DNA of 64,000 nt. It comes from Eledone cirrhosa (lineage: Eukaryota). The notes beneath the pieces are model-generated. The model saw nothing but the letters and a program-made list of their open reading frames with translations, did not search any database and was not told where the DNA came from. The translations under genes and the position numbers were made by a program. Below, piece after piece: positions 55,579 to 64,000 of the stretch (position 1 is the stretch's first letter; each line of letters begins with the position of its first letter). The stretch covers positions 164,734,001-164,798,000 of the forward strand of contig OZ024741.1 of assembly GCA_964016885.1 (NCBI GenBank). The letters run 5' to 3'.

Positions 55579-57249
55579 ACAAATGCTAGGAATGTGTGTA
55601 TGTGTGTGTGTGTGTGTGTGGGGTGGGGGTGGGGTGGAGTAGTGATGTTGAGAATAACTTTATATATATATATATACTGGGGCTTCCATATGTCTTGTGA
55701 AGACATGGATCCACACATGTAGCAAGTTCCTATCCCAGATGCAGACTTGGGAAAGCTCATTTTGTGAGAGACCAACAGTTGCCCATACATACAAGTCTGC
55801 CCTCTTTGGCAAAAACTAATACAGCTTGGTGCCAGTGATATCACAGAAACTCAGAATGCAAGGTGCTGAAAGAGAAGACCTCATGTCCATTGCATTAGCA
55901 GTTCTGTCTAAGCCATCACACTCAACTTGTTGACCCTGAAAAAATTAAAGACAAAGTTGGCTCAACAGTATTCCCCACTATGCCAAAATCTCACACACCT
56001 ATCATTACTGTCTCTCTTTTCCCTCCAGAGATCACAACAACCACTCTAGTGTTGGTACCATGGTAAAATGTACATTCTGTATATGGTAGTGCTGGTGTCA
56101 AGACACAATAAACCCAGTAGACTTTGTAAAATGGTAGTGCTGATACTACAACAAAATGCACTCAGTACATTTTGTAAAGTGGTTGTGATTAGGTAGGTTA
56201 TCCAATTTTAAAAGCTTGCCTAGTCTCAAGCCAAGCATACTTATCCAACTCATACCAGCATTGAAAATAGATGTAAAATGATGAAGATGATGATGTTTCC
56301 ATATATCCGAGTTGCTCACAAGCATGGGTTGGATTGACCTAAGAGTAGTGAACCCAAGATACCATGCAGTGGGATTAAACTTAAAATTATGCGATTACAA
56401 AGCAAATTTCTTAACCAGATAAAATACAGCCAAGCCTACATTTATGTTACCATAACTGACTGCAGATATAAATAACAAGTACAGCAAATCCCAGGATCGG
56501 CCAGCTGCTATGAATATTATAATATTGCTTAATAATAAATGATACTAACATTCCATAGATAGTATTTTGCCTTCTCTCCTCAATTGTCACAGAACGATCC
56601 AATATTAAATTCCATAAATATTTACAACAGATTTCAGTAAACTCAAATTTCTTCTTTTCTTTCGATTTTAGTGTTTTTATTTATTTATTGGGGCAGGGAG
56701 GGGGCTTAATATTTTAAAGATAAAATCAAATGTTAAATGTATTTTATTTAAAACTGCTGTTAACAATATGATTTACCATTCATTTTAATATTCATTTTAG
56801 TGTTCTATTATCATTTCTTTTTATTTTCTGTTTGTTTTGGTTGAGTTTTTATTCATAAGCAATCACTACACAACACATCAGTTATTCAAAGACACACATA
56901 CACACTCAGAAACATATTTCACTTGAAATTTTCAGTTAAGATTTTTATGGGGGAAAAGCAAAGAATGTCTGAAAATGTGAGAGTCCAAAATACAGAAATT
57001 AACTGTAATAAATGCCAATAACTAAGGATAATAGTGAGGAAAATTGGGTAAGTTACCCTTAGAGACAGAAAAAGGAGAGGAGAGGTCCCTTCGTCATAAG
57101 TGTCTCTGTCCACAGTTTTCTTTGCTGCATATAAACCTCATTGGTTTATTAAACACTTTGGTACATTAAACTTCTCTTAGTTGACACCTTGGTGTGTTAA
57201 ACCACCTAATTAATATCTTGGTGTACTAAACACCTAGGTGATACATGGA

Positions 57250-57474
57250 CCCTTTAGCCTTTAAACCAGCTGTATCCAGCCAGAATTCATTCTCTCACCT
57301 CTTTCTACTCAAACCAGCTGTAATTGGCTGCTTATACTAATGTTAAAGTATTGTTCTCAAAATAAATAACATCAAAATCTCATGGATTCGATGTTATGTG
57401 AGATAATTATGCGAGATAAAGCCTTTATCGTGAAAATACAATAGTATATATAGAGTAACGTAAATGCTAAAGGG
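57250..57474. mobile_element. piggyBac-type MITE P1
   Basis: ccctttagcctttaaacc...aaatgctaaaggg-TTAA. Confidence 0.85.
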
Positions 57475-58446
57475 TTAATGTTTTTAGGTATGTGGTGAAA
57501 AGTGAGGGAAAGATAGACAGAGGGTAGATATAGAGATGGATGGTGGGTGGGTGGTTTAGTAAGTAGGTAGGTAAATAGATAGGTAGGCAGGTAGGTAGGT
57601 AGATAGAGAGATAGAGATATAGATAGGTAGGTAGGTAGGTAGGTAGGTAGATAGAGAGATAGAGATATAGGTAGGTAGGTAGGTAGGTAGGTAAGTAGGT
57701 AGATATAGATAAATAGGAATGAAATTACATAAATAATTAGACAAGAGGGAAGTTATATAGTTTGCATAGTTTTCATTTAATTCAAGATGTCAGAAATATT
57801 ATAAGTGAATGCCTAAAGTAATTTCCATTATCTTTAGCCCCATAATTAAGCCTGTATCTGTGAGGATGTTTACATTCTGCGAATGATGTTGCTGAAATAT
57901 CTGCAACAACACTGAATGTAGATGACACAGTAATTACACATCATTAATTATATGCAAAATACATTACGTAAATACCAATAGCAACACTAATAACAGCACC
58001 AGCAACAACTACTACAGCAGTTACAAAGAGCAAGATGCTAATTTCCTACAATTTGTAGAAGGTAAATGAGTTCTTACAAAAATCTGGCCTCAGGAACTTT
58101 AAACAGCATTTGGGAAAAAGTTGAACAATACATCCATTTTAATTAGACACATGCAGTGGCTGGAGGCAATTAGAAACACTTCCAGATTAACTAGCGCTTT
58201 AGACTTTCTGCAGACTTTTTTCACACGTTTCAAAGAAAATTAATAAAATAATACAGCAAAAATGGAATAAAAACTGATTATTTGTTTGGTGTGATTGTTG
58301 TATAGAAGTGTTGGTAATTCTGAAGAAAATGTGTGATACAAGGAAATGAAAGAAGACAATATTTGGTTAACAGTACTGTTACCAGCTCTATATTCTTCTT
58401 CTTTGCCCACTTATTCCTGGGAGGATCTTGGGGGCAGAGTCTTTAA

Positions 58447-58851
58447 CCCTTTAGCATTTACATTACTCTATAGTTACTATTATATTTTCACAGTAAAGGC
58501 TTTATCTCACATAATATTGAATCTATGAGATTTTGATATTATTTATTTGGAGTACCTTACCTTAACATCAGTATGAGCAGCCAGTTACAGCCAGTTTGAA
58601 CAGAAAGAGGTGAGAGAATTCTGGCCAGATATGGCTGGTTTAAATGCTAAAGGGTTAAATTGGTGGTATATAGCCAGAATTCTCTCACCTCTTTCTGTTC
58701 AAACCGACCATAACCGGCTGCTCATACTGATGTTAGGGTATTGTTCTCAAAATAAATAATATCAAAATCTCATAGATTCAATATCACGTGAGATAAAGTG
58801 TTTACCATGAAAATAAAATAGTAAATAAAGAGTAATGTAAATGTTAAAGGG
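58447..58851. mobile_element. Two adjacent P1 MITEs in inverted orientation (58447-58654 and about 58667-58851)
   Basis: The second copy is the reverse complement of the first and lacks its inner TIR. Confidence 0.85.
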
Positions 58852-58859
58852 TTAAGTAT

Positions 58860-59406
58860 GTCTTCTAGGAAGTCCTGTCAGAGCAACCATCTCCAATTGA
58901 TCCAGCTGGATCCCCAAACAAGACCAGCCAAGTTCATGGATGTGATCCAACCATCTTGCTCAGGGTCTACCCCTGGGTCTCCTGTCAGTTGGTTTAATTC
59001 GTAAAACTGTGATGAATACCAAATTGAAGATAGCGAGTTTGGCTTTTACCACCTCCTCCTCTCTTTTGATGATTGAATGCTGAAGCGGGTGCAGTAATGC
59101 ACCAGTTCCTGCAATTCTTGCACTTAATTTAGCTTCCTGCCTTCCATCACTCATGAACAGGGCCAACAAATACTTGAACTTTTCCACCTGCTTCAGTGGC
59201 ACTCCACTTACATGTAGAGTGCACTGCACAGGCTTCCTAAAGAAGAGGAGTTTCTCAGTTTTCACAACACTGATTTTCATTCCTACTGTGCAGAACTCAA
59301 TACTAAACCTATGAAATGCATGTTGGAGATCACCTTCTGATATGTTAAGTAGTACCATGTTGTCCATGAACTCCAGCCAACTAATTCTACACCTGCCAGT
59401 CTCCAT
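58860..59406 (-). mobile_element. Decayed RTE-like LINE RT fragment
   Basis: ORF 58960-59406: FMDNMVLL (degenerate ADD motif), GMKISVVKTE, LKQVEKFKYL, RPRGRP. Confidence 0.75.
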
Positions 59407-62105
59407 ACCACTTCTAACCTAGCTATGCATGTCAATCATGTCTATAAAGATTATAAACACGAGTGGTGACAGTACACACCCTTGGCAGTGTGTTGTTTTG
59501 TACTTTTGGAGAATGTCTTGCTAATGTGAATTCTATGGTTTGATAATTCAAAATGTTTATAGTATCTTTACTAGTGGGCAGATTGTTGTGAAAATGTGCA
59601 GTATTAGTATAGACTTCCATCTATAATGTGATGGAGTCATAAAGCCATTCTGTTCTTTACAAGAATGCCTCGCTAATGTGGTTTAATGCGGTACAGGACA
59701 TTAAAAGTTAATCTACTGATTGAGTACAATCAGCCATAATGTCAATTGAATGAAACCTTACTGTCAGATATGGTAATCCCCACCGTTCACAAACAAACAC
59801 ACACACATGTGTATGTACACAAATACACACACACAGATATATTATGATCTAATAAATCTCTGCATTAGCAGTAAAAACCTAAGATCACAAAACTTTCTTC
59901 CTACACAGTTAAGAGATTGTCCCCCAAAAGCATCCAGAATATTCTAATGTAATAAACAAATAAATACAATAGAAATAAATCTAAGGAAGGAAGAAAGTTA
60001 CAAGGATTGATTCTAATATGTTTACCAGTGAATCATTGTCTCCTTATTTAGTGTGTCTCTGGTTAATGTAGCAATAGCAGCGCTACAGTGATGGCAATTT
60101 GACAGAGATTCTATAGAGCTAATCCCTAATACAAATAGTAATGTTATTATAAGACTTTAAAATGATAAACATTAGAGAGAGGGGGAGCTAGAGAGGGAGA
60201 GAGAAAGAGAGAGAGCTGGAGGAATAAGTTATATATGCATACACATATATATATATAAAAGTAGTAATAACAAAATAATTGTTTCTACTATTGGCACAAG
60301 GCCAAAAATTACCCAGTAAATTACTGGTACTTTATTTTATCGACCCCGTAAGGATGAAAGGCAAAGTTATGGCACAGTACATGGAAGAATTATATGAGTT
60401 TAAAGCTTGAAAAAGCAGGAAGAGAGTCTTAACATTTTGGACAGTAGTCCTTCGTTAGAAATAGAAGATAAATAGAGGAAGGAATGGGAAAAAGGACAAA
60501 AAAATTGGGGAGAAAAAATAACGTGTGTTTCAGTCAGCCATCTTGGAATGTGTGTGTGCGTGTGTGTGTGTTTGTAAAAAGTAAACAGAAATAACAAAGG
60601 AATTGACACAGTACATGGAGGAAATATATTAGTTTAACACTTGAAATAACAGGAAAACAGTATTAATGTTTTGGATACTAGTCCTTCATCCGAAAATAGA
60701 ATTAGAAAAAAAAAAGATAAAATAGTATAATAAAGAGTGATAGACAAGCAGCAAAGCCTGGGATAGTTGTCGAATAGTTGGAGAAAGTGTCACAGTATGT
60801 AGCATCCCAGACGAAGATTGTTATGCCATCAGACTTTTTACCTTAACGAACCTATGGTAACCAACCCTATGAGCTACGGCAAGTCATTTATATTATTATA
60901 ATTTCTACATTAAATAGACTTAACAAATATGAGATTCAGTGGAAAATAATTGTGGTGGGCTGTTAGAGTTATGGTAAGTGGTGTACAATGATTGTTTGGC
61001 AGGCAGTTTCATTGTTTATCCTTCAGTGGTAAAGGTTCACATTTTATATTTGGGGAGATATTTTTAGGCTTCAAATGTCTGTACGCCAGCATATATGGTA
61101 TAGGTATATATATATATATATATGAAACAAAGACCATCAATTACATTAAATTGAATGTAAATATAGCCAGATTAAATCAAAGCCAACCTCAAACAGAAGA
61201 AAACATAAACCATATACCTACAATCGATCCTAGACACCAAATTCTATTACTGAATGTTCTCTCACAACCCCACCCAACGACAGAAAAATTGTTAACAAAT
61301 ACAACAAACGCAAACAAATCTAGACTCACCAGACAAATACAATTACTCAGCCACAAAACACAACTTTTAACACAAAATAAGTTTAAATAACAACATTTAA
61401 AAAAAACAGGTAAATATAAAGCAATTTTAATGCACCACCACAAAAGCCAATAATGTTGGAAGATTTATGAAAAAAAGAATAAACTTTGCACACAAAAAAC
61501 TTAATAGTATTTTTATTTTTCCTTTTTTTTTCTTCATAATTATTATTATTATTATTGTTATTATTATTATCATCATTCCACCTCCTTCAAGAAATTGGTG
61601 CAAAACAAATGAGAATGAAATGGCATTATGTTGAAGAATAAATAAGAGTTCTCTTTTAGTTTGGTTTCTGTCACCAATGGGAGACAAAGTTCTTATTTGA
61701 AAATACCTGAGTTGTATGATGGAGAGAGATAGAGAGAGAGAAAAAAAAAAAAAGCATTTAGAAGAACCATTTACTGAAGATAATGCTTCATAAAACAACC
61801 CCCAAAAAAACAAAAGTGACAAAAATATAACATATAAAGAAAGAGAGTTTAGTTTAAAACCAGAAAGTATATAGAAAATGTGCTTAGAGAGGTAAACAAT
61901 TCAAAGAATCAGAAATGAATGAATTTGGTATTTGCAAATATGATTTTTTTTTCCTGTTGTGAAAGACACTTTTTCCCACAGATATATGTCTATGTTAAAT
62001 GGAAAATAGAAGAGAGAATTCTCATTGTTGTTAAAAAAAAATGTTTTCTGTTGTAGTGTATACTATTATTTAGTTGTGTTCTTTCACTTTCACTTTAACA
62101 TCATT

Positions 62106-62212
<107 letters not shown>

Positions 62213-62281
62213 GGGAAAAAAAATGTTTTCTGTTGTAGTGTATACTATTATTTAGTTGTGTTCTTTCACTTTAACATCATT

Positions 62282-62333
<52 letters not shown>

Positions 62334-62334
<1 letters not shown>

Positions 62335-64000
62335 GGGAGAAAGACAGTCTCCCCCACATCGACCCAATAGAGGGACCAGCAGTGTTAGTCCAGGGTAGTA
62401 CAATAAGCAAGGCAATCAAAGATATGAAGACGGGTAAGGCGGCTGGTCCTTCGGAAATAGTTGCTGAGATGCTGAAGGCATCTGGTTCGGTGGGACACAC
62501 CATGGTCACCCGGATAGTTAACCAAGTCGTACAGAATGGGGTTGTTCCGAAGGACTGGCGTAGCAGCATCATCATTAACTGTTACAAGGGAAAAGGAGAT
62601 GCCCTAGATAGGAGTAACTATAGAGGCATTAAATTAATCGACCAGGTCATGAAGGTCACGGAAAAAGTAATAGCGCAACTAATCAGAGAGAGAATTGATC
62701 TAGATGAAATGCAGTTCGGATTTGTGTCAGGCAAAAGTACCACAGACGCTCTTTTCATTGTACGACAACTACAGGAGAAGTACCTAGCTAAAAGTAAACC
62801 CCTATACTTAGCTTTCGTCGACTTGGAGAAAGCCTTCGACAGAGTCCCCCGTTCCATTATCTGGTGGTCTCTTAGAAAACTAGGTGTTGACGAATGGCTT
62901 GTGAGAGCTATACAAGCCATGTATAAAGAAACAGTCAGTAAGGTTAGAATTAACAACGAATATAGTGAAGAGTTTAGCGTAAAAGTTGGTGTCCATCAGG
63001 GCTCTGTTCTTAGCCCCCTACTATTTATTATTGCCCTTCAGGCTATAACAGAGGAGTTCAAGACCGGCTGCCCATGGGAACTCCTATACACAGATGATCT
63101 AACGCTCATAGCTGAATCAATGACCGAACTAGAGAAGAAATTCCAAACATGGAAGCACGGCCTAGAATCAAAAGGCCTTAAAATTAACCTGGCTAAGACT
63201 AAAGTTCTAGTTTGTAGGAAAGAAAATAAGGCGGCAGTCCCATCTGGGAAATGGCCATGCTCAGTGTGTAGGAAAGGCGTAGGTAGAAACTCCATTTTAT
63301 GTCCCAAATGCAAAGTATGGGTGCATAAAAGATGTAGTGGGATCACAGGTAAGCTAACTAAGAACATAGATTTTACATGTGGCCGGTGCTCTGGTGCAAT
63401 AAGTAGCAGCAAGTGCCCACAAAATACTAGCTCCTTCAACTGCGCAGAGGGTTCTATAGAAATAGTGGACAGCTTCCGTTACCTGGGTGACAAAATCAGC
63501 AGTGGGGGAGGGTGCTCTGAAAGTACAGTAGCTAGAGTCAGAACTGGATGGAAAAAGTTCAGAGAGCTTATACCACTATTAGCCGCTAGAGGGTTCTCCC
63601 TAAAAATGAAAGGCAGGTTATACGATGCCTGCATACGAACAGCAATGCTGCATGGCAGTGAGACCTGGGCATTGTGTGCAGAGGATATACGCAGACTAGA
63701 GAGGAACGAAGCTTGCATGCTCCGCTGGATGTGCAATAGTAATATACGTGAACGGCAAAGCATAAACGAACTAAGGAAAAAATTAGAAATAAGAGGGATC
63801 AGATGTTGTTTACTCGAGAGAAGGCTACGTTGGTACGGTCACATGATGCGCATGAAAGACGACAGCTGTATAACAAAGTGCAGGGCAATAAAGATAGACG
63901 GTAGCCACGGAGTAGGCAGACCCAGAAAAACATGGGACGAGCTGATAAAATCCGACCTCACACGCTTACACCTCTCCAAGACAATGTCACTGGACCGAGA
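62334..64000 (+). mobile_element. RTE-clade non-LTR retrotransposon, 5'-truncated, with an open reverse transcriptase frame (about 555 codons, runs off the window)
   Basis: Manual translation gives KTGKAAGPSE, NYRGIKL, QFGF, FVDLEKAFDRVP, GVHQGSVLSPLLF, LLYTDDL, FRYLGD, RRLRWYGH, GRPRKTW. No stop seen; absent from the ORF track because it lacks a stop codon in the window. Confidence 0.95.

Noticed and set aside
57850-57900. Possible extra CASK cassette exon after the minus-strand acceptor tgttgttgcag
   Set aside because: No canonical GT donor nearby and no resemblance to the expected upstream L27 exon.
60992-61390. 132-aa ORF
   Set aside because: Spans a (TA)n tract, has low-complexity composition and no recognisable domain.
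62252-63763. Minus-strand ORFs of 94-133 aa
   Set aside because: Antisense shadows of the + strand RTE reverse transcriptase frame.

Overview
AT-rich, microsatellite- and transposon-dense eukaryotic DNA. The repeat content suggests a coleoid cephalopod such as Octopus, but this is inference. Only two host exons are supportable: two 87-nt phase-0 exons on the minus strand (46568-46654 and 11173-11259) separated by a 35.3-kb intron. Joined, they read LYDRINSQNFQAGSITPSPTSDAVSQTKD|ILDALSDYSDTCANESDELKSLLTKPHVQ, matching the L27-linker-L27 region of the MAGUK CASK/LIN-2. The rest is probably intronic. It holds a young 5'-truncated RTE LINE with an uninterrupted RT frame and an embedded PHD-like finger, older RTE and CR1 fragments, a DD37D (maT) Tc1/mariner fossil, a non-autonomous Helitron, piggyBac/hAT/pogo-type MITEs and tRNA-derived SINEs. 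There are four large, very homogeneous minisatellites (39, 48, 41 and 49 bp units), three traceable to a parent mobile element. The most striking unannotated signal is about ten dispersed minimal hammerhead-ribozyme-like motifs (CTGANGA-stem II-GAAA-palindrome-TH), several inside foldback elements and many sense to the CASK pre-mRNA, consistent with Penelope-like retroelement termini. Nearly all ORFs in the supplied track are repeat artefacts.
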